Notes: generated by a model from the sequence alone, not told the origin. A stretch of 64,000 nucleotides of DNA from Candidatus Omnitrophota bacterium (GCA_035403965.1 DAONGE010000003.1:17860-81859), one strand, 5' to 3'. Counted from the first letter of the stretch, positions 37,101 to 52,100 are shown. Translations and numbers: made by a program.

Positions 37101-40100
37101 ACAGTAATATTCACAAAACCGCCGGTTGGAGGCAGATTGGATTCTCCGCATACGTTTGAGGATTTCTTAGCGGCGATAGAAAGTGATAACGTACATTTTG
37201 AGACGGATTCGGATGAGATCCAGTCTTTCTTGGCGAATTCTTTCGGTAATATTTTTGGTAAAAAGTACGCATGGCTCGATAACGGATTAAGGATGTTATT
37301 GTTGGCCGCGACGCCGGTACATGAATTAGGCCATATTCTTGCGGCAAAATTATCCGGGCTAAGTGCGAAATGGACATTTAAAAATCTTTTTACCGGCAGT
37401 GTCGAGATAGGAAGGGCTCCGCCGAAGGTTCTCTTTGCGGGTTTGGTATCAAATCTTGTTGGTGCAGTGCTTTCCGCATCGATTTTCGCCGCGTTAAAAA
37501 TATGTTCAGACCAGCCGATTCTGTCCGTAACCGGTATTATTCTTTGCTATACCGCGGTTACAAACTTCGCGTCGTTTTTAGCGGAACTTATAGCTCTTCC
37601 GTTCGGGAAGGGGGATTTGGCCCGGGCAACAAAAAGCCCGAATGTTGAAAATATTTCGGTGCAATCTTTGACAAAATCTTATGTGGACGAGCATGGCGAA
37701 CAGCTTGCTCATGAAAGAGCGCAAAGAATGAAGGGAATGATGGGGATATACGCCGCTATGGCGATATCCGCCATCGGGGCTGTGATAACATCCTTATTGG
37801 CCTATTTTGGTTTAGATATCGTTTCACCCGCGCAATTCGCGTCTTTGATGGTGCTTTCTTTTACCGCGGTGCCGGCGGGAATGAATGTGCTTTCTCATGC
37901 CGCGTACAACCTGCTGACTTTGTCGCTCCGATCAAAAGGGGCCATGCGCGCGCTCGGAGAACAAGGTGATACGAAGCCGCTTGTTGAGTCTGTGGCCGCG
38001 CGGTATGCCATGAAACATATGGGTTCATACGAATCTACGATCGATGAGGTCGATATTTTAAAATTGCGGCATAACGAAATTTGGAACATACCCGACATAG
38101 ATATCGATGCTAAGACAGGATTACCGCGTAGTTTTGAAAGTGATGTTTGGAAGTTGGCTAAAAAGATCCCGGGTATTAAGTATGCCAAGGTTGTAAGGGC
38201 GGACCTCGGCGGTATCCCGAGCTATCATTTTGTCAGAGGGCAGACCCTGATAATAGTTCTTGATTCGGGGATAGACAGCGATCTTGTGAACGAAGCTGTG
38301 TACCATGAATTAAGAGAAACCTTCTGGCTTACACAAAAAGATCTTATGTATGAATTGTCACAAACGTCTGGTTTCCCGCCGGAACGCATAGCCCATATAA
38401 TCGCTTCCGCTGAACAGGTCACGAGGTTCGGGAAGGATGGGAATCTGACCCCATATCACGCCCGTGAGATCGCGCGTATGGATAGAAAGGCGCTTTCGGG
38501 GCTTATTGATGAAAGAACCACGGGCGGAAGGGAAAACCATATTTTTATACTTGATGAAGTGGCTAAACGTTATCCGGATGTAAAAATAGATCTTAATTAT
38601 GAGGATCTGGTAATAAGGCAAGCTGAAGCCGAATTAGGACTTGGTGAGCCGATTTTCAGGATCAAGGCCGAGAACGCGGAAGTGGCGACGGACGAGATAG
38701 ATCTGGCAGGGTTAGTGGCTTATCTGCATACCAGGGATGGGGAAAATGTGAATACCGTAGCCGGTAGCATAAAAGCCAACGATTTAGCGTCCAAAGTCAA
38801 CGGGATGTCGGGGCCCCAGTACGATAACTTTATGTCCAAGATCAGAAAAGTGAGGGAACATCAGTTCAGCGGTGCGAATCGGCCTATAGTCGAGATTATC
38901 GCTAACGCGATAGATTCTTATGTTGAAGATGACAGAAGAGCATCTGGGAGTGTCGCGGTAAATGTGGATGATAGAGGTTTTGAGGTGATCGATCAGGGTA
39001 AAGGGATGAGTCTTGACCAGGTGCTTTTGTATCTGCTCATCCCCTCATGGTCTTCCAAAAGGGGTGAAGGGGAGCTTGATATCGGTCGTTTTGGCGTGGG
39101 ATTTTATTCCGTGCTTAATTATTTGAAACATGAAGGAGATAAACTGGTCGTTGAGACTTCGAACGGCCAAGAAGGCACGAGAATAGTGTTTTATATCGCA
39201 GAGGGAGACGGTAAACAGCTGGTAAAAGTACGTTTTGAAAGCATCCCTACCACGCCGAAAGGCACGGCGGTCAGATTGATCCTTCCCGGGAAGAATTTTA
39301 GATCCATGGAACATTCCAACGTGATTGAACAATATCTAAGGTTTAATGGTAACGCACCTATATATGTCAACGGCAAACCTATCAATGCCGGGATAATGGG
39401 TGAACACGAAGGGTATAAAGTCGTTGATGTCGGCAAGAACGATCTGAGCTATTCTGAAAAAAGAGCGTCAAAAGGGAAGGCGTATATCCTGGTCAATGGC
39501 GTGACTATATTTGACGTGGATCTTGTGTGCAGTAATTCCCCGGAGACGATATTGATAAATTTCCCCAAAGACGCCAAACTCACAAAAAGCAGGGATCGCG
39601 TTATCTGCGGGGCTAATGAACGTGAATTTATTAAAGAGATGTTGTCCGTGCTTTCCAAGGATGCGAAGAACATTGATATTTTAAATGCGCTATATCCTGT
39701 GATAAGGGAACTTCAGCGCAACAACAATGATCGCGGGGATAACCTTGAACATTTTTATATAAATACAATAAAAGGCCTTGTTACATCATCGCATATTAGG
39801 GTTCTGCCGGATGTGCCATACATGGGGCAGGTAAGGTTGCAAGAGCGATATGTATTGATCCGACCGGAGTTGTTTAGACAACTCAAGAATTATAGGCCAA
39901 TTTTGCAGGAGTTCAACGGACATTCGGGTGGTTATCAGGTGTTTGTAGCGGAGTTTATGTCGGATGACATTGTTTTTGTGCACGATAATATGGTTGTCAT
40001 CCTTAACAGTAAGTATATCCCACACAACGTTGAAGAAGTGGCTGCTTTGGAGATGTTAATGGGTTTTGATGACGTCAATATCCAGTTTACGGGCGCAGAT

Positions 40101-43100
40101 GTTAAAGGCGGATCTAATTCTAAGATAATTGGTGAGAATATTGGTTCTGAAAAAAACACGTCGATGCTTAATAATATGAAAAAATGGGCGGGGAATTTTC
40201 CGGGTATAGTTAGTTTCCCTCTTGTGATATTAATGAAAGTAGTCGAGGGAATAGGTTTATTCATATCAAAGATACCTTACCTCGATGTTTTTATGCCGAG
40301 GACGGCCAATATAGGGCCGTACAAAGGGCGAGATTACACTTTCTTCCGTCACATGCTTAGCAGTGTGGAAAGCCGAATCCTTCCTAATGATGATATGTCA
40401 AAAGACCCTGCATATGTTAAAGCCTTAGAGGAGCGTATTAAGAAAGATGTTTTGGGTAAGGGGAAAAAGCGGGTAGATCTGTGGAAAGATTTCCTTAAAC
40501 GTTATAATATTGAGAGTTTCGATTTTGCCAAAACAGTCGAGAACATATTGGACTTAACAAGGAAAAGATCCGAGAGTATGCGGGAAGGGAAGTCCCGTGT
40601 GGGAGAGTCAGGGGAGCATCAATTGGGCTCTGAAGAATATAAGGGTATGGATAAGTTGATGGATGATCCTGTTTTTATGGCGGATGTTGTAGCGTTAGAA
40701 TTTATTAATAAGATCAGCATGAATCTGTTGGCATTCTTTTCCAGTGACAAAGAAATGAGAAATTGTTTTGACCAGATGGTCAAAGGCCTGAGGGCGGTTG
40801 GTATGGGTTACGGAGAATGTCTGGCTCTATTTGAAGGCATTGTAAAAAATTCAAGTAGGAACCAGCGAATGAATAGCCACGACGTGTTGGTCAGGATGAA
40901 GGGGATTGTGAGCTGTATCGATCGGTTGAAAAATGTGAATTTTGCCGACGGCGAAGAGATGGAAACCTTCCTTTCAAAACTTGCAACTCGAAGATGGTTG
41001 GCCCGTATAACTTATCCTAAATTCGACCGCAATAGCCATACATACTTGGTTTTTGATGCCAAAAATTCTTCACCCATGACATGGGATCTGAGTAATTTCT
41101 ATAGCGGGAATGATCTCGATGACATTGATTCGCCGTCTGGATCATATCGCGAATCTTTGGTTAGAGGGATCTTACTGTTGACGGAGATCCTCGCCGGAGA
41201 TAAGTTTGATCAGCGTTATAAGGATAAGTATTTTGACATTCTTGGTAAGAAGTTTCTGTCGGCAGAACGCGGAGAAATCGCCCCTGGAGAGTTGGCCCAA
41301 TTTGTCATGTATTTCTCAGGTATTGTATCCGTGGAGGAAAATAAGGATGAGCGTTTTCTGGATGTTTTAGAAAAAGAACTTACAAAATTGATCCGTTTAT
41401 GTAAAAACACGATTGATAGTGATGGTAGAAGTCAGTATCCTCGCGTATCTGATATCGCTGTCAAAGGGCATTCGCTGGATATAGTAAGCACTTTCACGGA
41501 CGCCGGTGACGCGAAGTATCTATTTGATTATCTGCAGGTGTTCTCTGATACTGTAAGGTTTAAGGATGTCGATGTGTCACTACGACTGAGCCTGTGGAAG
41601 ACGATAATGGCGAGGCATATTGGTAGATCTGAAGGCTTTCAAGAATGGTCTTATACCTATAGCAGTACCGACAAGGAAGGAGAAATAAGAATTTGGAAAA
41701 CTGCGCAAGACGAGTACGAGTACATTGTGAACGTATTATGCAAATTAACGGATCATGGCGTCACATCGTCAAAAGACGTACATCGTATCGCCAGGCCATA
41801 TGTGTTTTGTCTCGATTCAGGTACGGACATCCTGAAAAAAGATGTCAGCCCTGATTCCGCCAGGATCGGAGGAGAGCTGAACACACCTTATTCATTAAAG
41901 TTATCAACGCTGGTGGCTTTATATCTCGGCGGCGCGATGAAAGATAAAAACGCCATGGAAAAAGATAAAACCGCCATGGAACTTTTGGACATGGCCCGTT
42001 CCGGGGCCGATACCGCCGGTTTGATCACGGAGGTCAGCCGCGAAACGGCCAAAAATTCGATAATAGAAAGTATAAACTATGAAAGTTCTGACGAATATAT
42101 TTTTATACGCGAGATAATACAGAACGTGCTTGACGCTAAGGGCAAGGAGCTCGACGTGTCCGCTATCAACGGACGCGATTGGTGCCAACTGGGCTTTACG
42201 GATAATGTCGGGATGAGCATTGAACGCGTAGTTAAATTTTTGCTTATTCCGGACAGTACGACGAAATTAGAGGATAAAGAGGCCAGGGGCAAATTTGGAC
42301 AGGGATTTTTTACCGTTCTTAAAGATGCGCGGATGGTGCGTGTTAAAACATCCGATGGCACGGGAAAGCTTGTTATTGTCCAGATGACGCCGGTGCGTAA
42401 AGGCGAGTTGATCGTGGATGTGGATATTTCCGTGGAGATCAAGGACGACGCTTCCTTTAAAGGAACAAACATAGAATGGTTGAGAGATTCCGATATCCCT
42501 CAGCTCGAGACGGCTATAGTGAGATCAAAATTGTTGACATATGGTTGTTTGATCGATGATGCGGAACTTAAGATAAACTGGACAGTGAATAACACGACGG
42601 CGGTGATCAATAAAAACAAGGAGCTGATGGGCCAAATTGAAACCGAATATGGGAAAGTGGGGCTTTATCATTCAGGGGACAAAGAGAACGTTGTGACGCA
42701 TAGGGGGTTGTATGTAAGGGAGATCGACAAATATTTTTGGGATACCATACCGGTGCATATAAGGGAACAATTGTCCGACTATGGGATTATAATAGACCTT
42801 CCGGCCGGGGTTGAACTTATAAGCGACAGGTCAGATGTGACCAATAAAGAAGAAATATTGTCAAAATTACAACCTCATTTGGCCAAACTCAGTATTATCG
42901 CCATTCTTGATCTTTTCGCCAGCAATAAAGTCAAGCTTGGTTTTATGCCATATGATTTTATGAAGGATGGCAGGAACTGGATCATCCCCAATAGTGTGAA
43001 AGATGACGCGGCCGCCCTGAAAAATGGGCAACAGATAAATGTAGCCCCATATGTGGCCAGCGGCACGCTTTTTGGACAGCTTATAGCATCGATCCCATTT

Positions 43101-46100
43101 ATATCGCTTAAAGGGAAAGATGAGCATTTCTCTCTTGTGTATGTTTTAGAAGGTATAGAGAACGGTTCGATATTCTTGGATGACATAGTGAACGAGAATA
43201 TCGTCGAATGTATAACCACTGTAATGAAAAGAAAAGCACAGTCACGCCGGCAGGCCGAAGAAAGGAGAGAAAAAGGATATAAAGAATTCTATGATATTAC
43301 GCTTCCAATCGAAGGAAGACGTGACGATGCGGATGTATATTGGGCTTTTTCAGAGTTTATGAAAGAAGTATCAGTGATGTTAATCGCTGGTCAAAGAGAG
43401 AATTTGGGATCGGCCGAGGTTATGTTCTATGGATCTGTAGGGAATGATAAGGCACATGCTTTCCAGAACAGTTCCGCGATGGGGTGGAATATCTATTCCA
43501 ATATGGAGTTATTTGATCAATTCTCAAAATATCTGCGTGATGAGATACCTCCGGACCAGGCGATATACACGATAAGAGATATGTTCAGTACGCAGCTTCA
43601 TGAGCTTGCCCATATGCTAGAAAATACCGGGGAGACCACTCATAATGATGAATTCTTTGCCAGGCAAAAAGCCCTGACAAAGTCTTTTCTCATGAGTATA
43701 GGGGAGATCAGTAAAATAGCCGAGAAGATCAAACATGAATATAAAGGTACGGTTATAGATGTAAAATCATTCGCCAATTATTTGTTGGAATATAGAGACA
43801 AGGGTGTTTCACCTGTTACGTTGCGTGATTTCCCCGCAAAGGATATACGATCGCCTAAACAGATGTCTGTGCTAACATTGACAAAGACCTACGCGCAAGA
43901 TCATGCCGAAGAGTTGCTAAAGCTCCACCATCTGATCGAAGGGCAAAAGTGGACAACAGATCAGTTGCTTGCCGATATGTGGAAGCAGGGAGAATATGGA
44001 TCGTCGAAGGATAGACCTTTTGCCGGTAAATGGGAGCATAGCTTTGTAGCCACATCCGCCGATGGCAAACCCATTGGAGTCCTGATCGCGTACGAAAGAC
44101 CTGCTAATGAAATGCAGGGTGTGGATGGCGCGGCCTTGTATGTTCATGCGATAGCCGTGGACCCGATGTATCAAGGTAGCGGTGTCGGAAAGCGCCTCAT
44201 GCTCGAGTTGGCGGAGCAATTGAAATTAAGGGGGCTACAGTATCTTACTGCCTCACGCGGAGAAACGCGTATAGCGCTTCAAACAGGCGATGATAATCTC
44301 GCTGCGCAGAAATTCTATTTTAACTTGGGTTTTGAAGAAGTAGGGAGAAAGTATTATCCCGCGTCCGGAGATGGTGAGGCACATTCGGATCTTGTCCTTA
44401 GCGCTTCTTGCGAAGATGTTATAAAAAATATCATAGGGGCCCCGGCGTCGGTCGCTGTAAACAATATGGATGCATTTAAGCTGACCCATCCATGGAAAGA
44501 TTTTCCTGATCAAAACGGTCGGTATATCGCGGATATGATAGCGGATCATTTGAGCGATAGGGTATATATCGCGCGGCAAATACAGGCTTTGTTCCCAGGC
44601 GTAGCTATAAGGCCGGCCGATCTTGTAAGTGTATCTGTCGAGCCCGGCAGCCACCGGTCGGGTTCGTATAAAGATTACAACATCGTGAATGTAACGGCAG
44701 GTGATAAACAATACCGGTTCGGTATTCTGGCGGGTGTTCTATTTAAGAACGAATATTCTGAGAAAAAACTATTTGCGGATAATGGTATAGGTCCGCGTGT
44801 GGGGGATATGGGTGACAATGAGATCTTCAAACGGTTGAATAAACTTGAAGTCGGGATGGTGGCGGTGCAGCATGTGGAAGGCGAGACTGTAAGTGAACTG
44901 ATAGATAGGGGTGATTGGAAAGAAGCATCAGATATTTATGCGGAAATATTGCGTAAATTCAACACGATCGGATTCTTTGGATTGGATATTTTTAATAACG
45001 GCGATAACGTTATTAAGGGAAATGACGGGAACCTTTATATCATAGATCACTGTGTGTCTGAGGATAAAACCGACAATTTGAAATATCCGTTACATGTCTT
45101 ATTTGCGCTGATGTTGCAAGCTAATTCGCGAGGTGAGACGGAAGTGCTCGATACATTAGACCATGAAAAGATCGACGAGATCGTACAGATGTGGTACCGG
45201 GATTTTTATATGGATAAACCGGACTCTGAGATAGAAGATGAAATTGATAAGATTTTATTAGCAGCGGGAGATTTTTCTTATTTAGCCCAAAACCCCAGAG
45301 ATGTTATAAAAACCGGAATACTGGGATATTTAGCCGAAAGTCTTAAAAAGACAGCTTTCACTGATACTAAAGGCTATGAAGCAGGGTTCGCTCCGTTGAA
45401 AGATGCACGTTTTATTGCCGGATCTTTGGCTATGGGCGTGGTTTTTGCGGCTACTAGTCTTTTATCCGGCAGTTTAGGGGTGGGTATAGCCTTTGGGATT
45501 GCCGCGGCGGCGATAAGCGTATCTTCGATCAGTTATTTTACGCGTTCTGAATCCGGAGTAAGATCTTCTGGCAATGAGGGGATGTCCAGACGCGAATGGC
45601 TTACGGCCGCGGGGATCGGCATTATTAGTTTGTCGCCAGTAATAGCCGAAACGGTAAATTCGTTCATTAAACAAAATAACGCAGGTATGGAGATGCCGGA
45701 CATTGTTATGTCAGACGAACAGATAAGGGATCTTGTCGCGACCCTGAAAGGCATGGGATTTGAGATCGATGCGGAAATGGTGCGGAGTTCTATTAGAAAT
45801 TCCAACAAAGAAAAAAATAAAACAATGGTAAAAGAGATCTATGAAGGCATGCGCGCGGATGCAAATATTCCATGGAATAGGGACGATGTTTATCCGGTGC
45901 TTTTTGTCGACGGTTTAAAAGAAGAAGGGTTCGCTATGGCTATTACAGACATACCGTTGATAATAGTCCCGGCGGAAAACATTCCTAAAGACAAAAAACA
46001 AAGAGAAGCCTGGCTTGGAGAAAAGATCGCGCATGAAGGGACGCATATAGCTAATCGAGAGCTGGTCGAACTTGGCGCCATGACTCGATTGGAAGACGAA

Positions 46101-49100
46101 GCGGCGGCGTATAGAGTGACAGCCGCGGCGGTTGAAAAATATGAGCCATTGAATAAGGAAGGGATAATTACGCAGCGCATGGTAAGCAGCGCGTTCGATG
46201 TGATCATCAGCCCCTCAGGTCAGGCTAAACTGAAAGAACTGGTGAATATCCCGTTCGATCGTATGTATTACGATAATATTAAGATCCTCGGGAATTATGT
46301 GGGGATACGTATTTATCAAGATGCGCCGGAAGGGTCTAAAGTAAAAAAGGTCGTATGGGTTGATGTTTCAGAAGGAGAAATAAAAGGTATCGATCTTGAT
46401 CTGAAGATGGAATTATCCTCGGCCGGGAAGGGGCTTACTTCTGTAGTGCTCGCCGCTTCTCTGCTTCCCGGATCAAACCGGGAACAGGCGGATAGGATCA
46501 GCCTTAATGTGTATAAGCTCATTTTGAAACGGGGACTGGAAAAACACGTTGGGGCGTTAAGGCGTGAAGGAGTCATAGATAAAGGTTTGTTGGATGTATT
46601 TGAGCGGGCGTTGAACGATATGTTCGACAAAGACCTTAAGGATAAAGATGTGGTCACATGGCATGATTATACGCATGCGGCGAATATGGCGCTACGGGCC
46701 ATGGAAGCAATGGAAAACGTGCTTAAAGAAAATCCGGGGATGTCCGCTAACGCGCTTTTGTTAACGGCCATAGCCGCGATGTACCATGACGTGGGATATT
46801 ATTCGGCTGATCCGTTCTCGGGCGCCAGAAAGTTTGGGCATGAGGACAGAAGTATGGCATATGTCAGGGATCATGAGAGAGATCTTGGGATCTTATCGCG
46901 TGACGCGGCGCGGATCAATCTGATGATATCGGCTACAAAAGTGGAAATGGGCAGCGTTTTTAGGGATCTTGATCCTTTGGTGAATAAGATCTCAAGTGGA
47001 AAAGCCTCCGCTGATGAGATAGCTCGGGTAAAGACATTATTGGGGCAGAACGGTTTTTCTGTTGATACATTGGGATTGGACCTCTCGGATCACAGGGACG
47101 TTGAATATTTGTTGGCGCTAATTTATGGCGGCGAAATACTGGCAACCCTTGACGTATATGATACAAGGCCGGACGTCGCCGAAAGGATAGATGATCTCCA
47201 TAACGAATTTAATTTTGATCGTGACACCATTAATCAGAAATTGGCGGATGAAAAAGATAGTAACGTTAGAGCAAAATTGGAGATGTTGGTCAGTACTCTT
47301 GAAATGTCAAAAGATCATCTCGACGCGATAGGGAAAACACGTGAATTTTATAAAAAATATGCCGACGATAGGGTCGCCGGTTTTGGCGTATGGGGAAAGT
47401 ATATAAAGGGTGAGATAATCGATGATTTTGACGCCAAACGAGCCGGTATATATGCGATAGGTGAGGCCGCGGCTAATCCTGATCTTGCTAGTTCAGCGCA
47501 ATATGCCGATAGACATTTATCAAGAGCCGATCTGGAATTTATATCACGATTTTCCGTGATGGTCGAGCTGGAACGTAAAGGGATGCCGAATTTTGGATCT
47601 TTGAGAGATATTATCCCGCGCGCACCGCCGATATTGTCTCTGGAAACGATTATTGACGTGTTTAACGGGATTTGGAACGCGTATATTTATGCGAATGTGC
47701 CCAGTGATGAACTTGCCGCGGTGGGACGTTTTAAAGCAGATACGATACGGCATTCCATCCTTACGGCGGAACTTATCGGATTGGTTATCCGGCGAATGGA
47801 AAAAGACGGTCAGGTCTTTAGTGATCAAGACGTACGGGATATCATGATAGCCGCTATATTCCATGATATCGGCAAATATATTACGGCGCGTGAAATGGCA
47901 TCCAACAGGATCTTTGCGAAAGAAGAACGTCCCGCTATTGTTCATAAACATGTGGATATCTTGCATGGGAACCCTGATAAAGGGGATTATAAAAAGTTTC
48001 GGGATGTGTTGGCTTCTTATGGTATATCCATAAGGGGCAGCAGCATAACTGCTATTCAGGGCATGATGGGCGAGCATTATGTCACAGCTATGCCAGGCCA
48101 GAATGAGCGTCATCGTACCGTGGAAATGGGATATCTCTTGTATATGTGCGACGATCTTTTAGGCAGGTTTGACGGCGCCAGGGAGCATAAAAAACCGTTA
48201 GAGGGTTTTTCCTCGGTAGTGAATATGGCATATGACCGTGTCCAGAAAGTGAAAACCGATGCTGAACTATCCCGGGATAAATTCTATATCGCCTGCACTA
48301 ACGCGCTTTCTGAAATAATGCCTGCCGATATGATGGAAGCGGACGACGTCGATAAAAAAACATTCACTGGACTTCTTTATGAAAATGCGTTCCTGTCTTT
48401 TAGGCCATTGGTGACGTCCTCAAGCTGGGCGGGCATAGCTAACGATAAAGTGGCGCAGGCTAGGGTAAAGCAAGGTTTAGAGAGAAAAATAATCACGATG
48501 TACGCAGAGCATGATCCAAGTACGAGCAAAAGTATAATTGGATATAAAGGGGAAAAATACCTTTTAGAAGTTATCAGAGAAGTGCTGGAATTAGATGTAT
48601 TTGCCCCGGATAGAAACTATGTGGTTAGTGGGTTAAACGAGGAATTCAGGATACCCGGGATACGGGCAAAGGATATAGCGCGATCGATATTCGCCTTGGC
48701 TGATGGATCAGATGCGGCCGCCAAGGAATTTGTCAGGGCGGTGGCCGAATTAGCGGCGTTAAATGAGATAGATTTCGTGAAAGAATTTAAACAGAAGCTG
48801 CCGAAAGACGATAGTGATAAACCTTATTTGGATCTTGCTTCAGGGCCTAATATAGCATATTTTTCGAATGATCTGGGGGCTTCGCGAAAATATTATTTTG
48901 TCGATAGATCTTATTATGTGAGCACATTCCTTGAACGGATGATGGAACTGACTGGACATAATAATGTCGAGATCATGCAGAAGGACATATTAGATCTTGA
49001 TTTCGGTGATGAAAGCTTAGGTACGGTCAGGGTTAAGAATCTGCTTTTGTACGCTAAAGTTCCCGACACGTATTGGGATAAAGCCGCGAAATGGATAACT

Positions 49101-52100
49101 CCCGGCGGGCAATTGACCGTTCAGGCCGATCCAACATTTAAAGGAAGAAAAGATTGTGCGGAGATGGTACGGGTGTTGTATGAAAAACTTGTTGTTAAAG
49201 ACGGGTGGTCGTTTAATGTTATTTTAGGCGTGGAAGCGCAGCAACCATTTGATTCCACTTTAGATACGGTTACTTTTGTTAAACCGAAGTCCGGACAGAG
49301 GTTAACTTCAAATAAAAATTTGGATGAATATCTCGCTTCTACAGGGCAGAAAATAGCCGTTAAAAAAGTAGAAGAACCGGCTAAGCCGATAACTCCCGCA
49401 TCACGGGAAGAAGCGTATTGGCACGGATCGATGGTTTCTTTTGATAAGTTCGATGAAAACCGGATAGGTTTTGGTACCGGGGCCAATCAGGAGGGGTGGG
49501 GTTTTTCAGTAACCCCAGGCAAAGAAAACGCGAAGGAATATGCCTCCGGTGCCGCGGGTAAATTACAGCCGGGGCAGAAACCCATATCCATTAAAATTAA
49601 AATAAATGGCCAGGAAGTGAATAGTTTTGCGGGGCATGAGAAATATTACGCGAAAAGGCTTTTTAATATTATCAGTGCAGGCGGAACGGTGGAAGACGCG
49701 CGGGAAGCATTGCTGTCGGAGGTCCGTGAAGCCGGAGATGCGGAAATGGAAAAGTTTATTGCGAATGCGGATATCACCGTAAATATAGAAAGATATTTAT
49801 ACAGGATCGATGTCGGCGAAGATCCTGTTTGGCTGGAGCTGAATGGAAAGCCTGATAAGTCCGTATGGACTATGATACAGGCGCAGGCTTCAAAAGAAGG
49901 GGTATCTTTCGGGAAGTATTTTAATATCGTTGATGGCGAGCCGCAAGTTAACATGGGCAGGGAAATATATGCCGCGCTTATCAATATCCTTGGTTCGGAT
50001 AAAGAGGCGTCTTTGTTTCTGGATAGATCCGGTATCACCGGGAACAAGTCCGGACATTTTTATACGGTTTTTCCGTCAAGGATCAAGATGCGGGAACGAA
50101 TAGATATGAACGAAAATATCAAAAAGGGTGGAGCTATAGTCCCCGAGGCGGAAGCTGGAAAAGGTGCTGAAAAGAGGATGACGAAAGAAGAACTGCGTGA
50201 AAGGGTTAACAGGATACAAGAAGAAATATCTACGGTAGGATCGTTCCCGTCTGTTAAGGAGGCGATAAAACGTGTTTCGGAGATCATCCGGTCGGTACAC
50301 GCAAAAGACGCGAAAAGGCCGGTCATTGTCGTTCTTGACGGGCCGCATATCGGCAAATCTACCACGGCGGACGCTATTATGGGTAAAAATACGGTGTTAG
50401 GCGAGAATTTCGCGGCTGAGACAAATATGGATTCACGTGAAATTTATTTTATCAGGGGAGACTATTTCCATGAATTTTATGCGAGTAGCAATACGCAGGG
50501 ATACGATTATCTGAATAGACTGGATGAACTGCCGGAGAAAGAAAAGAACCGTTATCTGCATCTTCAAAATTTGAAAACTGACAAAGCGGATGCACAAAAG
50601 GGTAAAATAGTGCTGAAAAACGCGATGAAAGATTATGGCTCGTATTTACAATATTTTGTTAATACGTATCTTTCAAAAATATTGGCAGAGTCCGGAAAAC
50701 GTGTGGTTCTTTGGGACGAAGCCGGAGGTGAGGGGTATTTCACAGGTGGCGCTATTTCGCAAGGGGACGTGGATAATCCGGTTGCGATGATATTTGTTAC
50801 ACTTCAGCAGCCTTTGGGGAGCGGCTCGGTAGGAGCGACTGTAAAAACATGGGATTGGGGCGATGTCAAACCGATCTCCGCGGCCCCAGCGGCGGAGGCG
50901 GGGAAAGGGACCATACCCGCAAAAACCGAAATAATTACTGCCCTAATATCAAAACGGACAGGCAGTATAGTGGACATAATGGCAGGTGTAAAAGAAGATG
51001 TTTTGGATAAGTATTCCGGAATACATCATGTGCCAGTCTCTGAATTGGACACGATAGAAATAAACGTTCCGGATGGTGTGTATCATGGCGTGCATGCGTC
51101 TTCGATTATAAGCGCCCATGCGACGGACAAATATACAAAAGGAAAAGAGGGATTAAAAGTTCTGGTCATCGGAACAGGGATGGGACTTGAAGCTTATATC
51201 GCGGCAAAGAACGGCGCGACCGTGACAGCGGTCGATATTAACAAAGACGCCGTGAAATGCACCAGAGATCTTTGCGATAGGTTGGGTGTGGGAGAAAGAG
51301 TCACCTGCATGGTCAGTGATCTTTTCAGCGCGCTTGGGAATAATACGTATGATCTTATTGTGTTCAATATGCCACATCCGAAACTGGGGGATGATAATCG
51401 TATCACGAAAGATGGGGATATAAATGTTGTTGATGTGGGTGAAAGACTTTTAAATGTCACTGCGTCCGAGGTGGACAAATATTTGAACTCGCAAGGGATA
51501 GCCGTACTTGTTGATTCAGAGCAGACACGAATAGAGAAAATATTCGCTCAAAATCCGAATGTGAACGTTACACACGATTTTTTTGATGTTGAAGGGCCGT
51601 CAGTGGCATATATACTTACGAAGAAAGATATGGCCCCTGCGCCGGGGATTGGTGGATATTCGGTGGATGGAAGAGAAATGTTGTGGAATGTTGATAACGC
51701 CATGCATGTGCCGTGGAAAGAAACCGTGCGAGATGTTGTCCAAGAGCCCGAGTCAAAAACAAAAACCCTGAATCAGAAAAATTATCTTAATAATCAGCTC
51801 GAGGTGAGGAAGATGTTTCTTGATCTCTTAGGGCGCATGAAATCTGCGGAAAAAATTGATTTTGCCGCGGAACTAAAGAAATTGCACGATGTACTATTAT
51901 TGGGCAGAAACGGGGATTCGCCATATATTCCAGAGCTTCAAACCGATGATGATATGGTTATTGCAGACGAAACCGGAAATGTTCAAAAAAAGAGAATATC
52001 GAAATTGCAGGAATATGGTACGGAGTATACCGATTGGGGCAGGGGAAGAGCAAGTACTGATGGGCCAATACACAACGCGTTGCGGGAATTTCTGAATTTG

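Noticed and set aside
41940-42000. Short tandem duplication 'KDKNAMEKDKTAMELL' (gataaaaacgccatggaaaaagataaaaccgccatggaa) inside the giant gene
   Set aside because: It is only two copies of a 24-nt unit. It is probably a minor slippage duplication and not a functional repeat array.
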